DNA of 64,000 nucleotides from Azolla caroliniana. Lineage: Eukaryota; Plantae; Polypodiophyta. Shown piece after piece: positions 63,885 through 64,000 of this stretch. The notes under the pieces are model-generated. The model had not been told where the DNA came from and searched no databases. It saw nothing but the letters and a program-made list of their open reading frames with translations. Location of the stretch: positions 4,960,001-5,024,000 of the forward strand of contig JBHGNT010000020.1 in assembly GCA_043228905.1 (NCBI GenBank), in the 5' to 3' direction. Positions within the stretch are counted from its first letter, which is position 1; each line of letters opens with the position of its first letter. The position numbers and the translations under genes were made by a program.

Positions 63885-64000
63885 GGCTGTTGTTGAGGAC
63901 ACGGAAAAAGAGGGTTCTTGAGGTGAGCACACTCACACTGCATTAATAAAAGCAAGAAAACACAAACCAGGAGCATAAACAAATTTGTTTGAATTTAGTT

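Overview
This is eukaryotic nuclear DNA from a plant, probably a bryophyte or other non-seed land plant (inferred from the transposon families; not provable here). Two host genes bracket a ~45-kb nest of retroelements. On the left are the last two exons of a RabH/Rab6 GTPase gene (+, 81-477). On the right is a multi-exon DEMETER/ROS1-family 5mC DNA glycosylase (-, ~62.9 kb to 48377); it keeps its catalytic residues but appears to lack the permuted CXXC module. The nest contains: a near-intact young non-chromovirus Ty3/gypsy element (G1, 18296-28448) and older relatives (G2-G5); a fungal-type Ylt1-like gypsy with a tRNA-Trp PBS (Y1) and related solo LTRs; several Ty1/copia elements (C1-C5); and an RTE/RTEX-like LINE. 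The most striking observation is that G1, G2 and G3 have no polypurine tract before the 3' LTR. In its place is a 40-nt tract that copies the 3' part of a tRNA-Arg(UCU) (T-arm, acceptor strand, CCA), with a covarying 13-nt hairpin inserted in the T-loop. On the minus strand this reads as a second, inverted PBS, suggesting LTR retrotransposons that prime both DNA strands with tRNAs. G1 and G2 also carry a conserved ~1000-aa extra ORF downstream of pol. tRNA sequences and family assignments are recalled from memory and need database confirmation.
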